IMG/VR virus record: IMGVR_UViG_3300020413_000003
Coordinates: 32,001-96,000 of that record
Origin: a virus
Taxonomy: Duplodnaviria > Caudoviricetes
Reading direction: 5' to 3' (one strand)
Length of the DNA: 64,000 nt
A model generated the notes under the pieces. That model worked only from the letters and a program-made list of their open reading frames with translations, made no database searches and was not told the origin of the DNA. A program made the position numbers and the translations under genes. Below are positions 1 to 9,487 of the stretch, in pieces. How positions within the stretch are numbered: the first letter of the stretch is position 1; each line of letters begins with the position of its first letter.

Positions 1-177
1 TGGGATACAAATGATCAACAAGTATTAGATGTCAATCTAACGTCAGGTGATACAATTTGGATACCAAAATTATATCCTCACTTAGCAACATCTCATACTA
101 AAAGATTATCTGTTAGTTTTCCTGTTATGGAAGGTCATGATTTATGTAAAGAAGATAGAGAGTGGATTAAATTATGA
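1..177 (+). CDS. C-terminal fragment of a cupin/JmjC-like oxygenase (5' truncated by the window)
   Basis: Frame 1 is open from base 1: ...LTSGDTIWIPKLYPHLATSHTKRLSVSF...; TGA at 175-177 overlaps the next ATG (ATGA). Confidence 0.65.
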   Translation, partial: WDTNDQQVLDVNLTSGDTIWIPKLYPHLATSHTKRLSVSFPVMEGHDLCKEDREWIKL

Positions 178-755
178 AAACTTTTACAATTAGTAAACAA
201 GAAGATAACCTCAATGATTTTATTTTTGAATCAACAGTAGCAGATAAAAATGTATGTAATTATCTCATAGATCAATATCATATGATGGAGCATCATGAAG
301 GTAGAGTGAGTAGAGACGGTGATGAAAATTATGTCAATACAAATATGAAAGTAGCAGAGCAAACTTTCGTTGAACCTAATAATCCTTGCTATCAAACAAT
401 ATATGAATGTATAGATAAAACGATAAGTTCATTACCATATGGATTAACTATACCATATGATATAAAATCAACTGAATATTCTATCAGGAGGTACCCAAAA
501 GGTGAAGGTCACTTTGGAACTCATGTTGACACATTGAGCAAAGTAACGTATAATAGGCTTCTTGCCTTTATATTATATCTTAATGATGTTGAAGAGGGTG
601 GTGAAACAGAGTTTATTACTCTTAATAGATTAGTAAAACCTGAGATAGGTAAAGTATTATGCTTTCCTTGTAATTTTATGTTTCCTCATAAAGGCAATAT
701 CCCTTTATCAAATGACAAGTACATCGTAACAGCATTTGTTTATCCAACATGGTAG
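174..755 (+). CDS. 2OG-Fe(II) oxygenase, prolyl-4-hydroxylase-like
   Basis: HVD...LYLNDVEEGGETEF...FPH...KY double-stranded beta-helix motifs. Confidence 0.9.
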   Translation: MKTFTISKQEDNLNDFIFESTVADKNVCNYLIDQYHMMEHHEGRVSRDGDENYVNTNMKVAEQTFVEPNNPCYQTIYECIDKTISSLPYGLTIPYDIKSTEYSIRRYPKGEGHFGTHVDTLSKVTYNRLLAFILYLNDVEEGGETEFITLNRLVKPEIGKVLCFPCNFMFPHKGNIPLSNDKYIVTAFVYPTW

Positions 756-1318
756 ATTATAACTTATACGAAATAGATCCAATTCATTGTGATATAGATC
801 ATGATAAATTAGTTCAATATGTAGATATGTCAAAGTCTAAATTTGAACATCTATTTGATGATAAAACACATGATACTGGTTTCTATTATCTCTATAATTT
901 TTTTAGTATAGCTTCATGTAATAAGAATACATACAACTTATATCTTGCAATTATAAAGTGTATAAAAGATTATTTTGAAGTGCATAATATATCAAAAGAT
1001 AATGTATGGATGCAAATGTGGATGAACATACATGATAAAGATCAAGTTCTTAAATCACATTCACATGACTTTCCTTATCATGGTTATTTCTCATTAACAC
1101 CTCAAAATACTGACACAGTATTTCAAGATAAAAAGGATGGAAATGAATTGTATAGAGTAAAGAATACACCTTATCAAGTTTATATTGGACCTGGTGAAAG
1201 ACATCATTATGTTGATGTATTAGAAGACTATACAGATAAAAGAATTACCTTTGGATTTGATATACAAACTGATGATTTGGTTACTGGCAACTTTAGTTTC
1301 ATACCTATAGCATTATGA
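749..1318 (+). CDS. 2OG-Fe(II) oxygenase-like protein (HxH type)
   Basis: WMN..HSH..HGYF..HYV..RITFGFD pattern. Confidence 0.75.
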   Translation: MVDYNLYEIDPIHCDIDHDKLVQYVDMSKSKFEHLFDDKTHDTGFYYLYNFFSIASCNKNTYNLYLAIIKCIKDYFEVHNISKDNVWMQMWMNIHDKDQVLKSHSHDFPYHGYFSLTPQNTDTVFQDKKDGNELYRVKNTPYQVYIGPGERHHYVDVLEDYTDKRITFGFDIQTDDLVTGNFSFIPIAL

Positions 1319-1896
1319 TTAACTTAGATTTATATTTTCCTACACCTGTATGGTGGGCTGATACTGGTATTGATAATGAACTAGTATCAAAGTTTGTATA
1401 TGAACAGAAAGATGCTAACCCAGAAGGTAGATCAATTAGTAACTATGGTGGATGGCAATCACCAGTTTATAGTCCATCACACTTACCAACTGTCGTTGAT
1501 GTAGCAGAGGACATAGCATATCGAGTCAGGGATGACATGGGATTAAATCCATATACTGTTTTTAATGTAGATAATATGTGGTCTAACATTAATAATCAAG
1601 GCGATACAAATCAAGTACATATACATCATGGTTCATTCCTATCTGGTGTATATTATGTTCAAGCAAATGAGAATAGTGGTGATCTTGTATTCTATAAAGA
1701 TTTTAAAGATCAATATATGAAAACTACTGATACTGAAATAGTAAAACATACACCATTATCAGGTGATGTAGTAAGATATAAACCTAAAACTGGTAGGATG
1801 TTTGTATTTCCTGGTTGGTTACCACACTCAGTAGATAAGTGTATAGATAATACAGATAGAATATCTATTGCCTTTAACATATTAATTAAAAGATGA
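1315..1896 (+). CDS. 2OG-Fe(II) oxygenase, TIGR02466-like (HxH type)
   Basis: YFPTPVW, WSNIN, HIH, LSGVYYV, FPGWLPHSV, RISIAFN. Confidence 0.9.
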   Translation: MINLDLYFPTPVWWADTGIDNELVSKFVYEQKDANPEGRSISNYGGWQSPVYSPSHLPTVVDVAEDIAYRVRDDMGLNPYTVFNVDNMWSNINNQGDTNQVHIHHGSFLSGVYYVQANENSGDLVFYKDFKDQYMKTTDTEIVKHTPLSGDVVRYKPKTGRMFVFPGWLPHSVDKCIDNTDRISIAFNILIKR

Positions 1897-2411
1897 TTCA
1901 AACTATTGAAAATATTATTCCAGAGTCACAACAAGATTTCCTTTTAGGTAAGGTAACTGACTTGAGTTTTGACTGGCATTTTATGCCTGATGTGACTTAT
2001 GTTGAGCAAGGAGAAGGAATAAACACACCAGGTTTTGCCAACCTATTGGTCAATGGACAGAAGAGATCAGGTCAAGAAGATTTATTCATGTCGCCACTTA
2101 TTGAGTACTTACATAGATCAAATCAAAAGTTAGGTGCATTGCATAGAATGAGATTAGGAATGACCTTGAACAATAGTAACGAGGAACATAACAATAAACA
2201 TATTGATTTCAATTTTGCACATCAAGTAGGATTATATTATTTGAATGATAGTGATGGTGATACACTTGTTTGGGATGATGATATTGTAACTAGAGTATCA
2301 CCAAAGAAAGGAACATTCTTTGTATTTGATGGAGCATTTCCTCATGCAAGTTCTTGTCCTAAAGAACACTCAACAAGAATTGTTCTAACATATAATTTCA
2401 CTACACGATGA
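1893..2411 (+). CDS. 2OG-Fe(II) oxygenase
   Basis: HID, YYLNDSDGDT, FDGAFPHASS, RIVLTYN. Confidence 0.85.
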   Translation: MIQTIENIIPESQQDFLLGKVTDLSFDWHFMPDVTYVEQGEGINTPGFANLLVNGQKRSGQEDLFMSPLIEYLHRSNQKLGALHRMRLGMTLNNSNEEHNNKHIDFNFAHQVGLYYLNDSDGDTLVWDDDIVTRVSPKKGTFFVFDGAFPHASSCPKEHSTRIVLTYNFTTR

Positions 2412-3010
2412 GACTACCTTTAACAGTAGTAGATAACTTTTTTGAGACACCAACACTTGTAAGAGACTTTGCACTACAGCAAGAGTTCTTTAAAGGTGAT
2501 AGAGGAAACTGGCCAGGTATTCGCACCAAGTTTATAGAAGACTTAGATGTAGATTTCTTTAATATATTACATGATAAACTATTAAATTATATACCTAGAA
2601 ATTATAAAGGATTTCAATATTTAGAAGCAACATTTCAATTAATAGATGAGACATATAAAAGAGGATGGGTTCATAATGATGACCCTAAATGGAATGTAGC
2701 AGGTATAATATATCTAAACAATGATAAACCTAAACAAGATTGTGGAACTACATTCTATGATGATAGAGATACATCAAATGATGGAGACCACAGTAAAGAA
2801 TATTGTGATGATGTAAATGATAATATAGGACAGAATGAAGATGTAAGAGATAGAGTCAATTCAAAATGGGTACCCAGTATGCTTGCAGAGAATAGATGGA
2901 ATCGTTGTGTTCTATCTGACTCAACTAGATGGCATAGTGCAGGGAGATTCTTTGGACATAACAAAGAGACATCTCGATTGACTCTAGTATTTTTTGGGAG
3001 AGTAATATGA
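2408..3010 (+). CDS. 2OG-Fe(II) oxygenase (DUF6445-like)
   Basis: VVDNFF, WPGIR, WVHND, AGIIYLN, GTTFY, WNRCV, HSA, RLTLVFF. Confidence 0.85.
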   Translation: MRLPLTVVDNFFETPTLVRDFALQQEFFKGDRGNWPGIRTKFIEDLDVDFFNILHDKLLNYIPRNYKGFQYLEATFQLIDETYKRGWVHNDDPKWNVAGIIYLNNDKPKQDCGTTFYDDRDTSNDGDHSKEYCDDVNDNIGQNEDVRDRVNSKWVPSMLAENRWNRCVLSDSTRWHSAGRFFGHNKETSRLTLVFFGRVI

Positions 3011-3591
3011 GTGATATTATAGTTGTAGATGATTTCATATCAAAAGATTATGCAGATCATATAGAACAGTTAGTTAATGAAAAAGATTTCCCATTGCATT
3101 TTAGAAAAGGAATTGTAACTAACGAAGATGAACATGAAGGTAATGTAGATGGATTCATTCATATGTTATATGAAGTTCAGAAACCAGTATCACCTAGATT
3201 TCCATTAATATATCCTATGGTATTAAGTATTACTGAAGCAACTGGTATCAAATGGAATGTACTAGAGAGGTTGAGATTTAATTTCATGTTAGGTAATAGC
3301 ACATCTAAAATAAAACATCATGCACCTCATACTGATAACTATACACCACATTGGTCAGCAATATATTATGTTCATGATTGTGATGGTGATACATTTTTCT
3401 TTAATCAAAAGCTTACTGAATTTACAGAGGAAGAGTCATATAGAATAACATACGAGAACAACTGGACAATTAAACAAAGAGTAACACCTAAGAAAGGAAG
3501 ACTGGTAATGTTTGATGGTGTAAGATTTCATGCTAGTTCATTCACTAAAACTAAACCATTTAGATGTGTACTTAATATGAATTTCTCATGA
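3007..3591 (+). CDS. 2OG-Fe(II) oxygenase
   Basis: PHTD, IYYVHDCDGDTFFF, PKKGRLVMFDG..FHASS, RCVLNMN. Confidence 0.85.
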   Translation: MSDIIVVDDFISKDYADHIEQLVNEKDFPLHFRKGIVTNEDEHEGNVDGFIHMLYEVQKPVSPRFPLIYPMVLSITEATGIKWNVLERLRFNFMLGNSTSKIKHHAPHTDNYTPHWSAIYYVHDCDGDTFFFNQKLTEFTEEESYRITYENNWTIKQRVTPKKGRLVMFDGVRFHASSFTKTKPFRCVLNMNFS

Positions 3592-4118
3592 TAAACGTAG
3601 TTAGACAAGCAATTAGTAAAGATACTTGTGAAGTAATATCTAATAGTATAGAATTCATGAGAGTGATGATGGGCAACCCACCTGACCCTACTATCAATAA
3701 TGCTTTTGGATACTATTCACCAGTATTCTTAGAAGGTTTAATGTTGTATATGCAACCAGAGATAGAGAAAAAAGTTAGTAAGAAATTATATCCAACATAC
3801 TCTTATGGTAGGATATATGGACATGGATCAGTATTAGAGAGACATACAGATAGACCAAGTGGTGAATATGGTGTCACCTGTTGTTTAGAAAAGCAATGTA
3901 ATTATCCTATATTTTTTGAACGTGATGGACATAATATAAAAATAGAATTGGATGTAGGAGATATATGCATATACAAAGGTATAGACTATCCCCATTGGAG
4001 AGAACCATATCAAGGTACAAGACACATACAAGTATTTCTCATGTATGTTGATAGTAAAGGATTGTATAAGGATTGGAAGTGGGATAAAAGAGAGAGTTTA
4101 TGCCAACCACCAATCTGA
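3588..4118 (+). CDS. 2OG-Fe(II) oxygenase
   Basis: YSYGRIY, RHTDRP, GDICIYKG..PHWRE, QVFLMY. Confidence 0.85.
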   Translation: MINVVRQAISKDTCEVISNSIEFMRVMMGNPPDPTINNAFGYYSPVFLEGLMLYMQPEIEKKVSKKLYPTYSYGRIYGHGSVLERHTDRPSGEYGVTCCLEKQCNYPIFFERDGHNIKIELDVGDICIYKGIDYPHWREPYQGTRHIQVFLMYVDSKGLYKDWKWDKRESLCQPPI

Positions 4119-4156
4119 CCATAGGGTATAGACAACTAGAAAATATATGTTAGAAT
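4099..4156 (+). promoter_or_regulatory. Early sigma70-type promoter with degenerate upstream palindrome
   Basis: TGCCA-N10-TGACC (4101-4120), TAGACA-16-TAGAAT with extended TG. Confidence 0.5.
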
Positions 4157-4179
4157 ACTAGAGTCCATATAATCCGACA

Positions 4180-4452
4180 ATGCCAACATTTACACTCACA
4201 GCCGTTGACGATGACGGAACTGTAACGTCTAAGACGTTTGAATCACCATTCTTAAGAGAGGTGGTAGAAAAGACTGATGACTTCTTAAGAGGAGTAGGAT
4301 TCGTTTATGAAGAACTCAATGTAATTCATAGCGATGAAGACTACGATACAATAACCAAAGAAGGTATAATTCGTAGCGAAAGCAAGAAAGAACGTAAACC
4401 ATTCACACCCGACTCATCTGTTTATAGGGATGATATAAAGGGTATTGAATAA
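4180..4452 (+). CDS. Hypothetical protein
   Basis: ORF directly after a promoter. Confidence 0.75.
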   Translation: MPTFTLTAVDDDGTVTSKTFESPFLREVVEKTDDFLRGVGFVYEELNVIHSDEDYDTITKEGIIRSESKKERKPFTPDSSVYRDDIKGIE

Positions 4453-4515
4453 TACTATTATCATGTGTCAGCATGATACTATATAAATTGTAGTTACTAA
4501 TTTTTATTAATTTAC

Positions 4516-4686
4516 ATGGGTAAAACTTTTAGACAAGGTGGTACCGAAAGAGGGTATAATGCACCTGGTAAATCTCTAAGAGACAAACGATCATCCAAAA
4601 ACTATTCCAAAGGCGATTCTAATGACTATGGTAAAAAAACCAAAAAATATGGATACAACGAAGGTAACGGATTTGGAAGACGATGA
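4516..4686 (+). CDS. Small basic Gly/Lys/Arg-rich protein (56 aa)
   Basis: MGKTFRQGGTERGYNAPGKSLRDKR...; below ORF-track cutoff, translated by hand. Confidence 0.65.
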   Translation: MGKTFRQGGTERGYNAPGKSLRDKRSSKNYSKGDSNDYGKKTKKYGYNEGNGFGRR

Positions 4687-4762
4687 CCTAGACTACGAGG
4701 ACATGTATTATGATGATGATTATGGTGCAGGTTTTGATGTAGAATACACAACTCAGGACTAA
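4649..4762 (+). CDS. Small highly acidic peptide (37 aa)
   Basis: MDTTKVTDLEDDDLDYEDMYYDDDYGAGFDVEYTTQD; stop overlaps next ATG (TAATG). Confidence 0.5.
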   Translation: MDTTKVTDLEDDDLDYEDMYYDDDYGAGFDVEYTTQD

Positions 4763-5010
4763 TGATAGGAAAAGAAACCCCAGAGATCAAGTATGATCGA
4801 GCATTAACCCTATTTGAAGAGTCAGTATTACAACCTGACTCTAAACTTAGAGGTTGTGCATATAATCAGGACTGTTTTAATGAACTCATGGAGATCAGAG
4901 AACATGTTTTAGATTATCTTAAAACACTAAGAGAAGTCACTCGTCACACAAATGCTGATGAGAGTGATGATATTGAAACAGCAAAATTACACACCTTGAA
5001 ATCAAAGTGA
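4762..5010 (+). CDS. Hypothetical protein
   Basis: ORF in a coupled chain. Confidence 0.75.
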   Translation: MIGKETPEIKYDRALTLFEESVLQPDSKLRGCAYNQDCFNELMEIREHVLDYLKTLREVTRHTNADESDDIETAKLHTLKSK

Positions 5011-5207
5011 TAGGACTTCACTCAGCAATCTTAACTATAGATCAAAAACGTATCCTAAAGGATTCTCTTATGATGTATGTTTGCTCACTACAGAAACAAT
5101 ACTTTAGAGACAATACCATAGCATCACAAGATTATCTTGATAAGATGAAAGAGGTTGAAACTATTGCAGAACAATTACATTTAAAGGAACTTTACAAACA
5201 TGGATGA
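5007..5207 (+). CDS. Hypothetical protein
   Basis: GTGA overlap with the upstream ORF. Confidence 0.7.
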   Translation: MIGLHSAILTIDQKRILKDSLMMYVCSLQKQYFRDNTIASQDYLDKMKEVETIAEQLHLKELYKHG

Positions 5208-5385
5208 ACCTACCGACTTGTATCAAGACATGGAGAAACTCAACATGTTATATGAAGAGTTGATGTGGGACAATGATGATGTCTTAGACTTTACACCTGA
5301 TTATAAACATGATAGAATTATAATCACTAATATCTCTCAAAAAAGTAGGAGACTTAAACATGGTAAGGATTTAGATGTGCTATGA
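5200..5385 (+). CDS. Hypothetical protein
   Basis: ORF in a coupled chain. Confidence 0.7.
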   Translation: MDEPTDLYQDMEKLNMLYEELMWDNDDVLDFTPDYKHDRIIITNISQKSRRLKHGKDLDVL

Positions 5386-5555
5386 AATATCATTTGTACG
5401 ACACTCAAGAAAAGCACCAAGGGTCTTTTAATTCTATTGAAGAATTAAGAAACTATTTGTGTGATCGAAAGTATGCTATGAATTGTGATAAAGACATAGG
5501 AAGCACATTTGATTATATCAAACATATAAAATGGTTTTTTGAAATAGAAGAATGA
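5382..5555 (+). CDS. Hypothetical protein (57 aa)
   Basis: MKYHLYDTQEKHQG...YLCDRKY...; ATGA overlaps at both ends. Confidence 0.7.
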   Translation: MKYHLYDTQEKHQGSFNSIEELRNYLCDRKYAMNCDKDIGSTFDYIKHIKWFFEIEE

Positions 5556-5722
5556 TTGAACTAATTGCCTCAACTATTATTACTGTCAGTTGTGCTGACA
5601 TCAATACTCTTATTGATAGAGCAAAAACTTATCCTGACATTACTGAATCAGATAGACATGAAATCATAGACTTGTATCGTGATTTTGGTAAGAAGCAAGG
5701 ACTAGAATGTGAAACAGGATGA
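5552..5722 (+). CDS. Hypothetical protein (56 aa)
   Basis: MIELIASTIITVSCAD...; ATGA overlaps at both ends. Confidence 0.65.
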   Translation: MIELIASTIITVSCADINTLIDRAKTYPDITESDRHEIIDLYRDFGKKQGLECETG

Positions 5723-6339
5723 TAGAACACTTTAATCCAAAGTGGTATTTTAAGGACACACTCACAGATATAGATCAGCAGAAGATAGAAGATTGGTTTG
5801 CTGACATATACACAGATGCAGATGGATTTGGAATACCAAAAGACTGGCAGAAATTATGTAGAGTAACATCTACAGATAGAAAGACTGATGGTAATCCAAT
5901 ATGGGAAGACTATTTACAATTACTTAAACCTTATCATGATAAGTTTTTAAGTGAGATAGAGACATATTGGGATGCAGAATTAATATGTGATAACGTATGG
6001 GTCAACAGATATACAGAGGGAGATTTCCAAGAGGTTCATAACCATTGCCATCCAGACTATAATATTGCTATGGTATATTTCCATAAGTGTCATGGGTCAC
6101 AATTTCATTTCTTTGATTCATCATGGACAGAGTATAGATCAAGCGGACTAGATCAGATAATGGATGTGGTAGGAGAAGAGATAGTACAACTAGAGATAGA
6201 ACAGGGAGATATAATTATGTTCCCAACTAACTATCCTCATTTCGTATCACCTAATATGAAAGAGGAACTAAGGATAACGTTTGCAGGTAACTTTAAACTA
6301 CAAAGAAAGCCTATGACAATAAGAGAAGTGACCCTATGA
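5719..6339 (+). CDS. 2OG-Fe(II) oxygenase (HxH type)
   Basis: WVNRY..GDFQEVHNH, GDIIMFP..YPHFV, RITFAGN. Confidence 0.85.
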   Translation: MIEHFNPKWYFKDTLTDIDQQKIEDWFADIYTDADGFGIPKDWQKLCRVTSTDRKTDGNPIWEDYLQLLKPYHDKFLSEIETYWDAELICDNVWVNRYTEGDFQEVHNHCHPDYNIAMVYFHKCHGSQFHFFDSSWTEYRSSGLDQIMDVVGEEIVQLEIEQGDIIMFPTNYPHFVSPNMKEELRITFAGNFKLQRKPMTIREVTL

Positions 6340-6368
6340 GTGACATAGTGGTAATAGTATGTTATACT
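6312..6368 (+). promoter_or_regulatory. Early promoter with degenerate palindrome
   Basis: TGACA-N10-TGACC; GTGACA-17-TATACT with extended TG. Confidence 0.55.
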
Positions 6369-6390
6369 AGTATCATAGTCAAAGAGATCA

Positions 6391-6840
6391 ATGAAACTAA
6401 GACCTCAAATCGAACTCAACAAAACATACACTTATAAGTGTGAAGCGACATTCGGCACACTATCACAAGAGAAAGTAAATAAGTTATTTACTGATGGTAG
6501 AAGAGCATCTGGATTTCTTGAGATTCAATTAGAAGAGTGGTTTCCTAGTCTTACATTTGTTGATGGTAAAGGTTATGACCACGTTGATAAGGAAGGAGTT
6601 AAGTATGATGCAAAATGTTTTACCAGAGGTGGTTCAAAGTTTTGTCCTAGTGGTATGTTAGGTATGGGTAGAAAGGTTAATGAAGAAGAATTATGGGAGC
6701 ATGCAGAAAATATGATTTACATCTTCACAGATGTGGTAGAATTTCCAAAGGTGCAGGTTAGATTCGTAAAAGGTTCAGACCTCACTCAATACACAAAAGG
6801 TTCAATTCCATTCTCACATAGAAATGCTTTATTTGGATGA
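6391..6840 (+). CDS. Putative PD-(D/E)xK restriction-endonuclease-like protein
   Basis: E-rich helix (FLEIQLEE) then GYD...YDAK catalytic-like motif; overlaps a DNA methyltransferase by 17 nt. Confidence 0.55.
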   Translation: MKLRPQIELNKTYTYKCEATFGTLSQEKVNKLFTDGRRASGFLEIQLEEWFPSLTFVDGKGYDHVDKEGVKYDAKCFTRGGSKFCPSGMLGMGRKVNEEELWEHAENMIYIFTDVVEFPKVQVRFVKGSDLTQYTKGSIPFSHRNALFG

Positions 6841-7609
6841 TTGTATTACAGGGATGCAGAAACTAGATGAAAAGTCAGTTGATGCAGTCGTAACATCCCC
6901 ACCATACAACTTAAATATTAAATACAGTAAATACAACGATAAGAAACCAATAGATCAATATCTATCATGGTTAGGAGACGTATTTGCTGAATGTAAACGA
7001 GTACTTAAAGATGATGGTCATCTATTTGTTAACATGGGATATTCTAATATTAATCCCACAGTAGGTATAGATGTATGTTGTAAGTTAAGAGAGAATTATA
7101 TATTACAGAATAATATTGCATGGATTAAAAGTGTTCATACTGATAAGACACATGGACATTTTAAACCTATCAACAGTAAGAGATTCTTATGCCCAACATG
7201 GGAGCATCTATTTCATTTTACAAAAGATGGTAAGATAGAGATTGATAGATTATCAGTTGGTGTGAAGTATGAATACTATGAAGCAAACATTCGTGGTAAT
7301 AATACTAAGGACAATAAACCTAACCTAAGAGACAAAGGCAACTCATGGTTCATACCATACGAAACCAGACAAAGTAAACTAGAGAAGGGTAACCACCCCG
7401 CTATTTTTCCAGTTAAACTTGTAGAGGATTGTATTAAACTTACTGGTAAAAGTAGTGGTATTGTTTTAGACCCATTCATGGGAACTGGAACTACAGGAGT
7501 AGCAGCAGTAAATTTAGGATGGGATTATATTGGATATGATATAGATGAAGAGTATGTTAAGTATTCTAAACAAAGACTAGAAGGGGGATTGAAATCTTTA
7601 CTGAAATGA
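6824..7609 (+). CDS. Beta-class N4-cytosine/N6-adenine DNA methyltransferase
   Basis: VTSPPY (motif IV), HPAIFP, LDPFMGTGTT (motif I) in beta order. Confidence 0.92.
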   Translation: MLYLDDCITGMQKLDEKSVDAVVTSPPYNLNIKYSKYNDKKPIDQYLSWLGDVFAECKRVLKDDGHLFVNMGYSNINPTVGIDVCCKLRENYILQNNIAWIKSVHTDKTHGHFKPINSKRFLCPTWEHLFHFTKDGKIEIDRLSVGVKYEYYEANIRGNNTKDNKPNLRDKGNSWFIPYETRQSKLEKGNHPAIFPVKLVEDCIKLTGKSSGIVLDPFMGTGTTGVAAVNLGWDYIGYDIDEEYVKYSKQRLEGGLKSLLK

Positions 7610-7617
7610 TATATAAT
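7589..7617 (+). promoter_or_regulatory. sigma70-type promoter
   Basis: TTGAAA-17-TATAAT upstream of 7692. Confidence 0.6.
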
Positions 7618-7691
7618 AATGAACAACGTAATTCATGTGAAGACACACCAGTCAAGCAGGATTACAAAACGTATAACAACGGAGAAAAGAC

Positions 7692-8807
7692 ATGACACAA
7701 CAATTAGTTGTGGGAGAGTGGTATGAATTACCAGGAATTCCAAATATAGTTATTTGTTTAATGAAAACAGATAATTTTTTAATGTACCCAGAGTGGATAA
7801 CACAGAGGGATACAGAACTTAGATCAAAGAAGAAAACTACAATAGATCATTTAAGAGTATTATTTCCTACTCATCATATAGTAGCAGCAGGAGAGTTGAC
7901 AGAAGATGATGTATGGGAAGATGGAACAGAATACGAAGCAGGAACAGAGTGGAGACTCGATGCTAATACTAGATCATATCTATGGGAGACTGGACAAACA
8001 AATGAGTTACCAGAAAATGTATTAGTTGTAAAGTATCTTGAACCAACATTAATAAAGTTAAGAAGAACTTACTGGACATTTGATAATCCATCAGCAGCAG
8101 AAGTAGCAGCAGAAGTTGTAACAGGATGTCAAAAGTCACTAGGTATGAACTTGAAAACTAAGAAGTTTCAAGAAGGACAATACGTTACAGCATTATCATA
8201 CCTATGTAAATATGATGACCCTGAGACTTATGGAGACAAAGGACTATGGTCGGAGACTGACGATAAGACTATAACTCAAAGTGAGTATCGTAGGACTAAG
8301 ATGCAGAATGCTATCATGCAATATAAAGATAATATTGTTGCAGTTGATGATCTCTTAAATGAGACAAAATACAATAAGCATTTCGACCAGACATTTATGG
8401 TTTCACTATTCTTACATCATGTTAAATTTGGTTATTGGGAAAAGAGTGTAGTAAACTTATTAAAGTTAATTACAGAAGAATTAAAAGATGAGTTCGATGA
8501 CCCAATACAAATACCTATGGCAACTAAAGGTAAATTAAATGCTACTGGATGGATACAAAGAGAGAATACCAACTATGGCAATGGTAAGAAATGGATACCA
8601 GATAGAGGTAAGATGGATGGATTTAATCAAGGAGTACCATTCTTTAGTTATTGGTTAGCAATACAAAAAGAGAAAGGTATGAAGCACAAACAAAATATGG
8701 GTGCAAAGCAAGGTTATTCTCAATGGTTTAAGGAATACTTAAAGATGCCTAATAGATCACATGAGTTAAATGACCTTAAAAGTAAAATCTTAACAGATTT
8801 TGACTAG
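7692..8807 (+). CDS. Hypothetical protein, possible ParB/DndB(DGQHR)-like N-terminal domain
   Basis: QRD ... RLDANTR ... FDNP spacing resembles the QR/DGQHR/FxxxN signature; domain call is weak, ORF is solid. Confidence 0.6.
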   Translation: MTQQLVVGEWYELPGIPNIVICLMKTDNFLMYPEWITQRDTELRSKKKTTIDHLRVLFPTHHIVAAGELTEDDVWEDGTEYEAGTEWRLDANTRSYLWETGQTNELPENVLVVKYLEPTLIKLRRTYWTFDNPSAAEVAAEVVTGCQKSLGMNLKTKKFQEGQYVTALSYLCKYDDPETYGDKGLWSETDDKTITQSEYRRTKMQNAIMQYKDNIVAVDDLLNETKYNKHFDQTFMVSLFLHHVKFGYWEKSVVNLLKLITEELKDEFDDPIQIPMATKGKLNATGWIQRENTNYGNGKKWIPDRGKMDGFNQGVPFFSYWLAIQKEKGMKHKQNMGAKQGYSQWFKEYLKMPNRSHELNDLKSKILTDFD

Positions 8808-8833
8808 ACAAAAATACTATTCTATACTATACT
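8800..8833 (+). promoter_or_regulatory. Overlapping sigma70-type promoters
   Basis: TTGACT-17-TATACT and TAGACA-17-TATACT. Confidence 0.6.
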
Positions 8834-8838
8834 AAGTT

Positions 8839-9015
8839 ATGAGAAAATTCTTTAGTCCTAAAGGACAAATCAGACTGATTAAAAAAGCACTCGCATCTGA
8901 TACTCAATACTCTAGCGAAGAGTTGATTAAATTAAAAACATCACTCAAGAAACTAGAGAAGGAAGTAGAGGAAGAGAGACAATTCCAAAATGGAGGATTT
9001 GGTTATGACATTTAA
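8839..9015 (+). CDS. Hypothetical protein (58 aa)
   Basis: MRKFFSPKGQIRLIKKAL...GGFG; translated by hand. Confidence 0.6.
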   Translation: MRKFFSPKGQIRLIKKALASDTQYSSEELIKLKTSLKKLEKEVEEERQFQNGGFGYDI

Positions 9016-9133
9016 TGTCTATGAAATTATTGAAAACGACAAAACAAAAGTCCAAGAGGAAGAAGAGGAGTGGGTATCCGAGATCATAGGATCAGAGGAT
9101 GATGAACTTAAAAGATTATTAGAGGAGTTTTAA
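9005..9133 (+). CDS. Small acidic hypothetical protein (42 aa)
   Basis: MTFNVYEIIE...EEEEEWVSEIIGSEDDE; translated by hand. Confidence 0.55.
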   Translation: MTFNVYEIIENDKTKVQEEEEEWVSEIIGSEDDELKRLLEEF

Positions 9134-9487
9134 ATGAACAGGTATGAAGTATTATTGCAACGTGACAATGGTTTAAACAAAACTGTTTATGTTGATGACT
9201 GTTACTATGAAGACGAAGCAAGATTACTTGCAGAGTCACAATATGGATTACCAGTATTGAAAGTATTATTTCAAGGTCAATCTAACAATGGACAATACCA
9301 ACATGAATTAGAACCACCTTATCCTAACTATAATCAAAACATATTCAGAAGAGGATTGTTTGACTTTCAAGTTATAGGAACACTAGGCGGTTTATTATTA
9401 TTGTTTGTTTTTATACAGTATTGGTACTTATTTGTTGGTGCAACAATATTTGCTATTATATACAGTATCGTAAGAGACGAAAACTAA
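9134..9487 (+). CDS. Hypothetical membrane protein
   Basis: GAGGAG RBS; hydrophobic C-terminal segments. Confidence 0.75.
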   Translation: MNRYEVLLQRDNGLNKTVYVDDCYYEDEARLLAESQYGLPVLKVLFQGQSNNGQYQHELEPPYPNYNQNIFRRGLFDFQVIGTLGGLLLLFVFIQYWYLFVGATIFAIIYSIVRDEN

